Assembly: GCA_963708015.1 (NCBI GenBank)
Contig: OY970185.1
Coordinates: 127,139 to 191,138, forward strand
Reading direction: 5' to 3'
Origin: an uncultured Chloroflexia bacterium
GTDB taxonomy: Bacteria; Chloroflexota; Limnocylindria; Limnocylindrales; CSP1-4
DNA: 64,000 bases
This document shows positions 38,359 to 47,451 of the stretch, one piece after another; within the stretch, counting starts at the first letter, position 1, and the number at the start of each line of letters is the position of its first letter. Both the position numbers and the translations under genes were made by a program. The notes below the pieces were generated by a model that searched no databases, was not told the origin of the DNA, and was given only the letters and a program-made list of their open reading frames with translations.

Positions 38359-39125
38359 GCCGGCCCATCGTCATCGCCGAGCTTTACCCCGGGATCCTGT
38401 TCAACCAGGGAGACGGCGGGAACGTCCTCGCCCTCGCCTGGCGTGCCCGACGGCGGGGGATCGATGCCCGGGTCGTCGCGGTCGCGCTCGGCCACCCGGT
38501 GCCGCGCGCCGACATCTACGTGATCGGTGGCGGCGAGGACGAGGACGAGGCGCCGGTCGCGCGACTCCTGCGGACGAAGGGGACGCTGGCGGGAGCCGCA
38601 GCGGACGGCGCCGTCGTCTTCGGGGTCGCAGCGGGCTACCAGGTGCTCGGGCACTCGTTCCCGGTCCAGGACGGTCCCGAGGATGGCACGACCGCCGAGG
38701 GTGTCGGGCTGCTTGACGTGATGTCGGTCCTCGGGACATTCGTCGATCGGCGGGTGGTCACGATCGCCCGGCCCGACCTCGGCCTGCCCGGCATGAGCGG
38801 CTACGAATCGCACCGCGGACGGACGAGGCTCGGGCCCGGTGCGACGCCCCTCGCCGAGCTCGAGATCGGGACCTGCAACGGCTCCACCCCGCCCACCGAT
38901 GGGGCCATCTCGGGCCACGTCGTCGGGACCTACCTGCATGGCCCGGTCCTGCCTCGCAACCCGGAGCTCGCCGATCTCCTACTCGCCTGGGCGTTGGGTC
39001 GGCGGCCCGAGGAACTCGAGCCGCTCGGGCCGCTCGAGAGCCGGTTCGCACCCCTGGTACGCCGTGAGCGGATTGCCGAGGCCCGCCGCCACGCGAAGGA
39101 CCTTCGATGGCGCGGCGGCCGATGA
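38355..39125 (+). CDS. gatD: GatD/CobQ-like class I glutamine amidotransferase lacking the catalytic Cys
   Basis: LYP...GDGGN, IGGGED, GVAAGYQVLG (Ala92 in nucleophile position), GYESHRG.T, GTYLHGPVLPRNP; ATGA overlap with murT. Confidence 0.85.
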   Translation: MSRPIVIAELYPGILFNQGDGGNVLALAWRARRRGIDARVVAVALGHPVPRADIYVIGGGEDEDEAPVARLLRTKGTLAGAAADGAVVFGVAAGYQVLGHSFPVQDGPEDGTTAEGVGLLDVMSVLGTFVDRRVVTIARPDLGLPGMSGYESHRGRTRLGPGATPLAELEIGTCNGSTPPTDGAISGHVVGTYLHGPVLPRNPELADLLLAWALGRRPEELEPLGPLESRFAPLVRRERIAEARRHAKDLRWRGGR

Positions 39126-40078
39126 ACGCTCTGGTCCGCGGGACCTACCCCGACATCGTCGCGACCATCGGCAGGACGCCGCTGGTCGAGCTTCCGAGGC
39201 TGTCACCCGATCGGACGGTCCGGCTGCTCGCCAAGCTCGAGCGCCAGAACCCGACGGGCTCGCTCAAAGACCGGATCGCCACGGCCCTCATCGACGACCT
39301 GGAGGCGCGGGATCGGATCGGCGGCCCCGGCCAGGAACTGCTCGAGTCCACCTCGGGCAACACCGGGATCTCGTTGGGCCTCATCGCCACCCGACGCGGC
39401 TACCCGATGACGATCGTCATGGCCGAGAACGTCTCGGTCGAGCGCCGCCAGCTCGTCCAGGCCTACGGGGCAACGATCATCGACTCGCCCGGTTCGCTCG
39501 GCTCGAACGGCGCGATCCTGAAGGCCCGCGAGCTCGCCGCGAGCGACGACCGATATGCCCTCGTCGACCAGTACGGCAACGAGGTCAATTCGAAGGCCCA
39601 CGAGGAATCGACCGGGCCCGAGATCCTGGCCCAGTGCCCCGAGATCGATGCCTTCGTGGCCGGCCTCGGGACGGGCGGCACGCTCATGGGCGTGGCGCGC
39701 TTCATGCGCCGTGCGAAACCGGCCGTCCGGATCGTCGCGGCCGAGCCAGAGCCCGGCGCCGGGATTCCGGGGTTGCGGTCCCTCCAGGACGGCTTCGTGC
39801 CTGAAATCCTCGATGTCTCGCTCCTCGACAGGCGCTTCGTCGTCAACCGTCGCCAGGCCATCGCAGGGGTGCGGGCGCTCCTCACCCACGAAGGCATTTT
39901 CGCCGGCCCCTCATCCGGGGCCACGCTCGTCGCTGCGCGGCGGCTGGCGCGGGAGATGCCCGGCGCCACGATCGTCGCGCTCCTGCCCGATGGAGGTTGG
40001 AAGTACCTCTCGGGCGGCGTCTTCACGCCCGGCACAGACTGGCCTAGCGAGAACCCGGATGAGACCGACCTGGGGTGA
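39122..40078 (+). CDS. PLP-dependent cysteine synthase family enzyme, CysM (O-phosphoserine sulfhydrylase)-like
   Basis: NPTGSLKDR, STSGNTG, ENVSVERRQL, QYGN, GLGTGGTLMG, GLRSLQDGFVP, DGGWKYLS; ATGA overlap with gatD. Confidence 0.85.
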   Translation: MNALVRGTYPDIVATIGRTPLVELPRLSPDRTVRLLAKLERQNPTGSLKDRIATALIDDLEARDRIGGPGQELLESTSGNTGISLGLIATRRGYPMTIVMAENVSVERRQLVQAYGATIIDSPGSLGSNGAILKARELAASDDRYALVDQYGNEVNSKAHEESTGPEILAQCPEIDAFVAGLGTGGTLMGVARFMRRAKPAVRIVAAEPEPGAGIPGLRSLQDGFVPEILDVSLLDRRFVVNRRQAIAGVRALLTHEGIFAGPSSGATLVAARRLAREMPGATIVALLPDGGWKYLSGGVFTPGTDWPSENPDETDLG

Positions 40079-40219
40079 CCTACGGCCCACACCGGCGTGT
40101 CGAGCGTCAGACCGCGGGGGAGCGGCCGCAGTGTCGCATCAATCGGCCTTGTTCACGGTCGCCAAAGGGTCGCTAGCGAGGTGCCAGTTCGCCCCGCCCG
40201 GCCTCGCGCGTCGGTCCGA

Positions 40220-41698
40220 TCAGGCACCGCCGGCGTGCGGGGCCCGTGCGGCCTCGTCGCGGCAGCGCAAGATCGTGTCGGCCGAGCGGTCGATGTCGGC
40301 CTCGGTCGTGTTCCAGCTTGTGATCGAGATCCGCATGACCCCAGTGCCATGCCATATCCGGCCGCCGAGCCACAGGCTGCCGGAGGCCTGGACCCGACGG
40401 ATTACCTCGTTCGTGAACGACCCGACGTCGGCGTTCGTGCCAGCCGCGCGGTGTGGCGGCAAGAACCGCACGAGCACCTGGTTGAGGACGACGTCGTTAA
40501 GGATCTCGACGCCGGGCTCGGCCCGGAGTCGACCGGCCATCCGGCGGGCAAGCCCGCAACAGCGCTCGATGAGATCCGCGAGGCCGTCCCGCCCGAGCGT
40601 CTTGAGCGCCGCCAGGACAACGAACCCCCGCGCGCGCCGCGACGACTCCGGCACGAAATCGTACGAGTCGCGGCCGCCCTCGACGTGCTCCACGCCGTGG
40701 CTGCCGAAGCTCATTGCGGCCCGGTGGGCCTCGACGTCGCGAACGAAGACCAGCCCCGAGTCGTAGGGCACGTTGAGCCACTTGTGGGCGTCGGTCGTCC
40801 AGGACTCGGCCAGCTCGAGGCCGTCGGTCAGGTCACGCAACGACGGCACCGCCGCGGCCCACAGCCCGATCGCGCCGTCGACGTGAAGCCACGTCGGATT
40901 ACCGCGGGCCCGGTGGGCGGCGACGGCGGCGCCGATCTGGCGCAGCGGGTCGAACGAACCGGTGTTCACGTTCCCGGCCTGGGCCGCGACGATCGTCGGA
41001 CCGTGCAGCGCCGCGAGTGTCGCGTCCAGGGCATCGGCTCGCATCCGGCCCTGGTCGTCGGCCGGGATCCGGACGGCGCGCTCGCGACCCAGCCCGAGCA
41101 TCTGGAGCGAACCGTAGGCAGTGGCGTGCGATTCCTCGCCGGCGAGAAGGTGGACCTCCGGCGCGCCGTGCAGGCCGCGCGCTTCGACATCCCAGTCGGC
41201 GTCGCGCAGCACCGCATGGCGCGCCGCCGCGAGGGCGGTGAAGTTGGCCATCGTGCCGCCGCTCGTGAATCCGGTACTCACCCCGGCCGGCAGGCCCAGG
41301 AGCTCGACCAGCCACTCGGCCGCGACCTCCTCGGCGGCGGCCGCCGCCGGCGATCGCACGAACAGCCCGGCATTCTGGTCCCAGGCGCTGGTCAGCCAGT
41401 CAGCTGCCACCGCGATCGGCTGGCTGCCGCCCATGACAAAGCCGAAGTAGCGGGGTCCGGCGCTCGCCACGATTCCCGGCTCGACGGCCTCGGCCAGCCA
41501 TGCCAGGACGGCCTCGGGGTCAGCACCGCGCTCCGGAAGCGGGCCACCCAGGCGCGCCCGGAGCTCGCTCGGAGCAACCGCGGGCGCCACCGACCGCTCG
41601 TCGACCGATGCGAGATAGGCTGTCGCGAGCTCCGCGGCACGCCGAAGCAGGTCATCCATCGCGCTCGGATTGTGAGCGCTGTGGCTCCCGGGCGTCAT
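40220..41698 (-). CDS. Group II pyridoxal-dependent amino acid decarboxylase
   Basis: PRYFGFVMGG, SAWDQNA, QAGNVNTGSFD, WLHVDGAIG, TDAHKWLNVPYDSG, PESSRRARG; start uncertain (41659-41728). Confidence 0.88.
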   Translation of the reverse strand: MTPGSHSAHNPSAMDDLLRRAAELATAYLASVDERSVAPAVAPSELRARLGGPLPERGADPEAVLAWLAEAVEPGIVASAGPRYFGFVMGGSQPIAVAADWLTSAWDQNAGLFVRSPAAAAAEEVAAEWLVELLGLPAGVSTGFTSGGTMANFTALAAARHAVLRDADWDVEARGLHGAPEVHLLAGEESHATAYGSLQMLGLGRERAVRIPADDQGRMRADALDATLAALHGPTIVAAQAGNVNTGSFDPLRQIGAAVAAHRARGNPTWLHVDGAIGLWAAAVPSLRDLTDGLELAESWTTDAHKWLNVPYDSGLVFVRDVEAHRAAMSFGSHGVEHVEGGRDSYDFVPESSRRARGFVVLAALKTLGRDGLADLIERCCGLARRMAGRLRAEPGVEILNDVVLNQVLVRFLPPHRAAGTNADVGSFTNEVIRRVQASGSLWLGGRIWHGTGVMRISITSWNTTEADIDRSADTILRCRDEAARAPHAGGA

Positions 41699-41929
41699 CT
41701 CGCTGGTCTCGGACGTGCGGCCCATCACGGGCGACCGCGCCGACCGAACGCTCCGTTGAGCACCTCTCCGGCTGCGGCGACCCGCCGAGTTGCCGAAGCT
41801 CGCGATTGACGTGCAAGCGAAGACCCCGATCGTCTATCCGAGCTGGAACTGAGCGATGGACGTCGCGACCTGGGCCGCGGTCCTTGGCTCACCATCCAAG
41901 GTCGCTGATCTATCGACTACTCTCCCGTG

Positions 41930-42811
41930 ATGCTGACCTACTTCCAGGCGATCGTGCTCGGCGTTCTCCAGGGCGTGACAGAGCTGTTCCCGGTCTCAAG
42001 CCTCGGCCACTCGGTCATCCTGCCCCAGCTGCTGGGCTGGACCGACGTCGTCGCCGCACAATCGGCCGCGGAGTCGTACTTCCTCGCATTCCTCGTCGGG
42101 CTGCACGTGGCCACGGCTCTTGCTCTGCTGGTCTTCTTCCGCTCGACCTGGGCGCGGATCGTCGCAGGCTTGCTCGCGTCCGTGCGGGGGCGGCGGATCG
42201 AGACGCCCGACCAGCGCCTGGGCTGGCTCCTGGTGGTGGCGACCATCCCTGCCGGAATTGCCGGGCTGCTGCTCGAGCACAGCCTCAGGGTCGTGTTTGC
42301 CCGACCTCTGGCGGCCGCGGCCTTCCTGGTGCTCAATGGGCTGATTCTCTTGTTTGGCGAATGGGTCCGCCGGCGTGCGGAGGTCCGGCGCGTGGTGGCC
42401 GCGCACGGGACGACGACCGCTGGTGACCGCCGGCTCGACACCCTCGAGTTCCGGGAGGCTGGCGCAGTCGGCCTGGCGCAGGTCTTCGCCCTACTTCCGG
42501 GGATCAGTCGGTCTGGGATCACGATGGTGGCCGGGCTCGCCCGCGGCCTCGACCACGAAGACGCCGCCCGCTTCAGCTTCCTCCTCGCGACGCCGGTCAT
42601 CCTCGCCGCCGGCCTCTACAAGCTCCCCGACCTGCTTGGCCACAACGGGGACGGGGTTCGCCCGCAGATCCTCGTCGGGAGCGTCGCGGCGTTCGTCGCA
42701 GCCTACGTCTCGGTGCGGTTCCTGACTCGGTGGTTCACGACCCGAACACTGCTGCCCTTCGCGGTCTACAGCCTCGCGGTCGGCCTGCTCGCAGTCGTCC
42801 GTTTCGCCTAG
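41930..42811 (+). CDS. uppP: Undecaprenyl-diphosphate phosphatase
   Basis: QGVTELFPVSSLGH, ALLPGISRSG, AARFSFLLATP. Confidence 0.92.
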   Translation: MLTYFQAIVLGVLQGVTELFPVSSLGHSVILPQLLGWTDVVAAQSAAESYFLAFLVGLHVATALALLVFFRSTWARIVAGLLASVRGRRIETPDQRLGWLLVVATIPAGIAGLLLEHSLRVVFARPLAAAAFLVLNGLILLFGEWVRRRAEVRRVVAAHGTTTAGDRRLDTLEFREAGAVGLAQVFALLPGISRSGITMVAGLARGLDHEDAARFSFLLATPVILAAGLYKLPDLLGHNGDGVRPQILVGSVAAFVAAYVSVRFLTRWFTTRTLLPFAVYSLAVGLLAVVRFA

Positions 42812-42839
42812 CCCCAGACCCGGGCCAGAGCCCCGGAGG

Positions 42840-43127
42840 TCACGGGGAGGACTGGACGTTATCCGCTCGGCCTGGTCGATCCTCGGCTCGGACGAAGTCA
42901 CGATCGCGTCGCGTAGCCGTCGGCCCATCGACCTGCCTGAGGCTGAGAGCCAGGACAGGGCAGAGATCGACGGCGTGCCGAGCGTCGCTGAGGAGGTGGT
43001 CCTCGATCGGGCGAACATCGATGATCGGGTAGCCCCACTCATCCAGCCGGATCCGCTCTGGCAGGACCATCGCACAAATGCCGTATCCGTCACAACGGAT
43101 CGGGTTGAGGCGCAGGGCTTGGGCCAC
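42840..43127 (-). CDS. Ferredoxin (single cluster, 3Fe-4S type pattern)
   Basis: CDGYGIC...PE...LDEWGYP...CPVLAL. Confidence 0.85.
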   Translation of the reverse strand: MAQALRLNPIRCDGYGICAMVLPERIRLDEWGYPIIDVRPIEDHLLSDARHAVDLCPVLALSLRQVDGPTATRRDRDFVRAEDRPGRADNVQSSP

Positions 43128-43128
43128 G

Positions 43129-44364
43129 TCACGCCACGTCGGCGTGGGTCGTCAGGCACCGGTGCCGGAGCTGGTGGCTGGCAAAGTCCTCGGCAAAGAC
43201 CGCGAGCGCACTGTGGAGCATGCCCACGGCGCCGTCGGGATGGTGGCAGGCGCCGCGACCTCTGACCTGGCCCACCCAGCGGCCCAGACTCTCGAGCTCG
43301 TCGCCTTTCGCGCTGCCGTGTGCGAGCCGATGCGTCGCCCCAGCGATATTCGCGAGACCGAGGACGCACGGCCCGCATTGCTCGGCCGTGGCCCCGGCCA
43401 TGTACGTCATGATCTCGGCCGTGGCAGCCACGCCACACGAGGCGGACCCCAGGAACGACACGACACCACACCCGAAGGCGAGTCCGCGGTCTCGCATCGA
43501 TGCGGGGTCCAGCGGCTCGTCCAGCACCTCGTCGAGCCTTGCCCAACTGCCGAAGTAGCCTCCCAGGAGGACCGTTCCGCCGGAGGCCTCAATTCCGGAC
43601 ACCCGAGCTACTTCGCCGATCGGGGTGCCGTACTCGATCTCGTGAACGGTTCGTCGATGGTTCGACCCGCTCACCGTGATCAGCGCCGATCCGCGAGTCG
43701 TCTGCCGGCCGACCGACCGGAACCAGTCGTCGCCAAAGCGTGCGATGAGGGCCGTGCAGGCCAGACTCTCCACGTTCTGCACGAGTGTCGGGCGGCCGGC
43801 GACGCCGCGTTCATGGGGACGGACGTCGAGGAACGTCGGCCGCGCGTCACCTTCGTTGAGGTAGCGGACCACGGCCGATGCCTCGCCCGCGACGTATCCA
43901 GCGGGAGCTGCGACGAGTTGAATGTCAACCCCCGGAGCCGGCTCGCGTTCGGCCAGCGCTTGGGCCAGGCGGCGGTGGGCCTGCGTATGCTCGCTTCCCA
44001 CATACAGGACAATCTCGTTCGCGCCCACCCCGTCAGCGGCGACGAGCGCGCCGTCGAGGACGAGATGGGGACGGAGCACCATCAAGGCTCGGTCCTTCGC
44101 GCTGAGGGGCTCGCCCTCCGCTCCATTGACAACAACGACTGCGTCTCCGGTTGAGCGCTCGGCGACGGCCCGCCACTTGCGCCCAACGGGAAAGCCCGCC
44201 CCGCCTCGGCCGAGAAGGCCGCTCGCCTCGACGACTCCGATCAGGTCCCGCCGCCACGAACTCGGTGGCAGGTTGCCCAGCCGGGCATGGTGGGCCGTGA
44301 GAGGCTCGGGACCCCCCGAAAGGGGTGGACCGGCGAGGAGGCGCGGATCAAACCAGTTGTTCAC
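43129..44364 (-). CDS. Stand-alone NuoF-like FMN/NADH-binding Fe-S flavoprotein
   Basis: GRGGAGFP, NGAEGEP...KDR, YVAGEASA, QNVESL, QCGPC, GACHHPDG. Confidence 0.85.
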   Translation of the reverse strand: MNNWFDPRLLAGPPLSGGPEPLTAHHARLGNLPPSSWRRDLIGVVEASGLLGRGGAGFPVGRKWRAVAERSTGDAVVVVNGAEGEPLSAKDRALMVLRPHLVLDGALVAADGVGANEIVLYVGSEHTQAHRRLAQALAEREPAPGVDIQLVAAPAGYVAGEASAVVRYLNEGDARPTFLDVRPHERGVAGRPTLVQNVESLACTALIARFGDDWFRSVGRQTTRGSALITVSGSNHRRTVHEIEYGTPIGEVARVSGIEASGGTVLLGGYFGSWARLDEVLDEPLDPASMRDRGLAFGCGVVSFLGSASCGVAATAEIMTYMAGATAEQCGPCVLGLANIAGATHRLAHGSAKGDELESLGRWVGQVRGRGACHHPDGAVGMLHSALAVFAEDFASHQLRHRCLTTHADVA

Positions 44365-44495
44365 GGGACGGCAGCCGATACCCGGAACGCGAGATCAACC
44401 CGTTGGATGGCGGCGGCCATGAGATGGATTCCTTGTACCAGCCCAGTGATCTGGACCACGAGCCAGACCCTACGGACGCACCCTGTGGTGGCCAT
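44361..44495 (-). CDS. Possible 44-aa small protein coupled to the NuoF-like gene
   Basis: MATTGCVRRVWLVVQITGLVQGIHLMAAAIQRVDLAFRVSAAVP; stop overlaps NuoF-like start (GTGA). Confidence 0.25.
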   Translation of the reverse strand: MATTGCVRRVWLVVQITGLVQGIHLMAAAIQRVDLAFRVSAAVP

Positions 44496-44504
44496 TGGGC
44501 ACGA

Positions 44505-44520
44505 ATGAGGAACCTCTCAT
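44505..44520. promoter_or_regulatory. Palindrome ATGAG-N6-CTCAT upstream of NuoF-like/ferredoxin genes
   Basis: ATGAGGAACCTCTCAT; same motif at 49240. Confidence 0.45.
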
Positions 44521-44599
44521 GATCGTCGTTGCGTGCGAAGCAACCACCGGAATCCAACGAGCCTGGCCGCCGGTCGGCTGGCCCGTCAAAGGCCGATCC

Positions 44600-45898
44600 T
44601 CACTGCAATGGCAGGCTCACGGTAAAGCGAGCACCTCCACCGGGCGCGTCGTCGACCGAGATCGTGCCGTGATGACGATCGACCAACGTGCGCGCGACGG
44701 CCAGGCCGAGGCCGGTCCCTTCCCCGCGCTGCCTTCGACCGGTGGCTGAGCGAGCGAACGGCTCAAAGATCCGCTCCCGGTCCGCGAAGGCAACACCGGG
44801 CCCGTGATCGGCGACCGCGACCCAGGCAAGCCCCTCGCGGCGTCCCACGCCGACATCGACCATGGTGCCCGGTGGCGTCAGACGGGTGGCGTTGTCGAGC
44901 AGGATCACAAGCACCTGAAGGAGTCGATCGGCATCTCCAAGGATCGGCAGCGATGGCGCGGGATCGTTCGCCAGAACGAGCTTGCAGCCGCGCTCATCCG
45001 CCAATGGTCGAATCCTGCTGACGGCCTCCGAGGCGACTTTGGCCAGGTCGAGCGGCACGAGTCGGACGGCGTCTGGGTCGGCCTGCGAGGATGACAGGGC
45101 CAACAAGCCGGCCACGAGCCTGCTCAGGCGATCCGACTCAGCCACGAGTCCCGTTACGAGCGAGGCGCCTTCGTCCTGCACGAGCCCCTCACGCTGGAGC
45201 ACCTCGGCCGACGCCCGAATGATCGCGGCCGGTGTGCGCAGCTCGTGCGACGCGGCGGCAACGAACCGGCGCTCCGTAGCGAATGCAGCGCGGATCGGGA
45301 CCAACGCTCGCCCGGTCAGCAGCAGCGCCAGGAGGGCCGAACAGGCCAGCCCGACGAGAGCGACCAGGACGATCGTGCGTTCAAGGTCGCCGATCTGCTG
45401 GTCGTGGAGGGTGAGGATAAGGCCCGCCTGCACGACGCCGATGGCCGGTCCACCATTGGCCGGGCGGATCGCGAGCGTTTCGAGACGGACCGGAAGTCCG
45501 CCCGCGGTCACGGTCCGCAGGTCCGATCCACTGGACATCGCCACGGCCAGAGCCGTGGTGTCCGGCAGGCCGCTGAGATGGACGTTGCGTGGGTTCTGCA
45601 CGACCGTTCCGGCCTGATTCAGGACCAGGGCGAATGTGTCGGCCGACCCGACCGGCTCGTCGCTTGTCTCGGATTCACTTTCGCCGCCGGTCCCCGCGGG
45701 GAGCTGACCATCGAGCGATGAGAGCACCCCCTCCGCGGTCGCATTCAAGGCTGTATCGGTCGCGCTATTGAGCTGGTCGACGGCGACGAGCAGCGTCGCG
45801 AGGCCCATCGCGACGACCAGCGTCGCGAGCAGGCCAAGGGTCAACAGGGCCAGCTTGCGCCGGGTCGATGCGATCAGTCGCTCAGTCGGGTTGGACAC
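44600..45898 (-). CDS. Sensor histidine kinase
   Basis: Two TM; FVAAASHELRTP, LLDNA, VADHGPG, IFEPFAR, GTGLGL. Confidence 0.92.
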   Translation of the reverse strand: MSNPTERLIASTRRKLALLTLGLLATLVVAMGLATLLVAVDQLNSATDTALNATAEGVLSSLDGQLPAGTGGESESETSDEPVGSADTFALVLNQAGTVVQNPRNVHLSGLPDTTALAVAMSSGSDLRTVTAGGLPVRLETLAIRPANGGPAIGVVQAGLILTLHDQQIGDLERTIVLVALVGLACSALLALLLTGRALVPIRAAFATERRFVAAASHELRTPAAIIRASAEVLQREGLVQDEGASLVTGLVAESDRLSRLVAGLLALSSSQADPDAVRLVPLDLAKVASEAVSRIRPLADERGCKLVLANDPAPSLPILGDADRLLQVLVILLDNATRLTPPGTMVDVGVGRREGLAWVAVADHGPGVAFADRERIFEPFARSATGRRQRGEGTGLGLAVARTLVDRHHGTISVDDAPGGGARFTVSLPLQ

Positions 45899-45900
45899 CC

Positions 45901-46575
45901 CTAGTCCCCGGCGTCGAGCGTATAGCCGACGCCGCGGACCGTGCGGAGGCGACCACCGCGCCCGACTGCCGCCAGCTTCCGCCGTAGGTAGGAGACGTAC
46001 AGATCAACGATGTTCGAATAGACGTCCGGCTCGGCGCCCCACACCGCGTCGAGAATCTGGCGGCGGCTCAGCACCTGTCCGGCGTTTCGGATCAGGTACG
46101 CGAGCAGGGCGAATTCGCGCACCGTGAGCTCGACCGTGGTGTTGGCCACGCGCGCCACGTGGCGTTGCTCGTCGAGCTCGATGTCTCCCGCGCTGAGCCG
46201 CTCTTCGGGGACCGCCACCGGCCGCCGGGCGAGCGCCCGAAGTCGCGCGAGCAGCTCCGAGAAGGCAAAGGGCTTGGCGAGATAGTCATCCGCGCCCGCA
46301 TCGAGGCCAGCGACCCGCTGGTCAACCGAGCCCAGGGCCGTCAGGATCAGGACCGGCGTTCGATCGCCCCGCGAGCGAAGCAGCTGCAGGACTTCGGCCC
46401 CATCAAGGTCCGGCAACATCCGATCAAGCACGATGGCGTCATAGCCACCCGTCTTGGCCAGGGCGAGCGCCCCAACGCCGTCCTCGACCAGATCGACCAC
46501 GTTGCGCTCGGCGAGCAGCACCCGACGGATCAGCTCGCCCATCCTGGGCTCATCCTCGACGACCAAGACTTTCAT
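45901..46575 (-). CDS. OmpR/PhoB-family response regulator (MprA/CusR-like)
   Basis: VLVVEDE, VLDRMLP, GLDAGADDYLAKPF, REFALL, VDLYVSYLRRKL, TVRGVGY. Confidence 0.95.
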   Translation of the reverse strand: MKVLVVEDEPRMGELIRRVLLAERNVVDLVEDGVGALALAKTGGYDAIVLDRMLPDLDGAEVLQLLRSRGDRTPVLILTALGSVDQRVAGLDAGADDYLAKPFAFSELLARLRALARRPVAVPEERLSAGDIELDEQRHVARVANTTVELTVREFALLAYLIRNAGQVLSRRQILDAVWGAEPDVYSNIVDLYVSYLRRKLAAVGRGGRLRTVRGVGYTLDAGD

Positions 46576-46626
46576 TCAACGTGTTCCAGTTTCAGGTCTG
46601 GCTTCAGCGGGCCACCGGCGCCGGCC

Positions 46627-47442
46627 CTATTCTCGGCCCCCGGCACGGGACGCGAAATCAGTGGGTGAGTTGATCCGTTGGACTGCCACCTGGTCAGTCC
46701 GCGTTCTCGTGCGCCATGCCGCCGCGCTCACGACGACCCGGTAGGCGAGGAGGAAGACGATCGCTGCGATCGGAACGAGGTACGCCCACATCGCCTGGGG
46801 AGCAGGGCTGTCCGAGCCCGCGATAACGCCATGTGCCGTAACGCCCACGAAACCCAGGAAGGTGAGGTAATGGATGAGCCGCCATGCTCGCTGTCCGATC
46901 TGCCGGCGCAGGTAGAAGCTGCCCGCGATGACGGCAACCAGGTAGAAGCCGAACTGACCAAGGGCAACCGCGACCGGCGCGTACGGTGACGCAAACGGAA
47001 CCACGATGGCGGTGAACGTAAAGGCAAAGCTCTGATCGCCGAGGAGCATGACCCCATGCAGGGCGGACAGGGCGAGTCCGACCAACGCGAGGTCCTTGTG
47101 CAAGGCCAGACTTACTGGACGATGGGCGATGGCATCGAGCAACCTGGTCGACAGGAACAGGCCATAGATCATCGATCCGGCGATCGCGAAATACGCGAGG
47201 AAGCCGGTGGCCCGCACCCCGTACCAGGCGAGCTTCGCGGGGGCGAGAGCAGCCGTGGCGCCGAGCAGCCGCAGCGCCTCGGGCAACGTGCCGCCGAGGG
47301 CGATCCCAAGGAGCGCCGCGGCGGCCAGCCAAGCGATGAGGTGGACTGGCCGAGGTAAGCCTCGGTAGACCGGACCACGGCGCATCCGCCGCGGCGCCAG
47401 CCGCTTGACCGTGGCCGGGGGCTGGTCGGGCAGCTCGATCAT
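46627..47442 (-). CDS. Ferric reductase-like (MsrQ-type) heme b membrane protein
   Basis: WYGVRATG, LHKDL, ALHG, AWRLIHYLTF, AHGVIAGSD. Confidence 0.85.
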   Translation of the reverse strand: MIELPDQPPATVKRLAPRRMRRGPVYRGLPRPVHLIAWLAAAALLGIALGGTLPEALRLLGATAALAPAKLAWYGVRATGFLAYFAIAGSMIYGLFLSTRLLDAIAHRPVSLALHKDLALVGLALSALHGVMLLGDQSFAFTFTAIVVPFASPYAPVAVALGQFGFYLVAVIAGSFYLRRQIGQRAWRLIHYLTFLGFVGVTAHGVIAGSDSPAPQAMWAYLVPIAAIVFLLAYRVVVSAAAWRTRTRTDQVAVQRINSPTDFASRAGGRE

Positions 47443-47451
47443 GGTAAGGCC

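Noticed and set aside
43129-44364. nuoF of respiratory complex I
   Set aside because: No other nuo genes; the first Cys of the usual CxxCxxC motif is missing; paired with a small ferredoxin instead.
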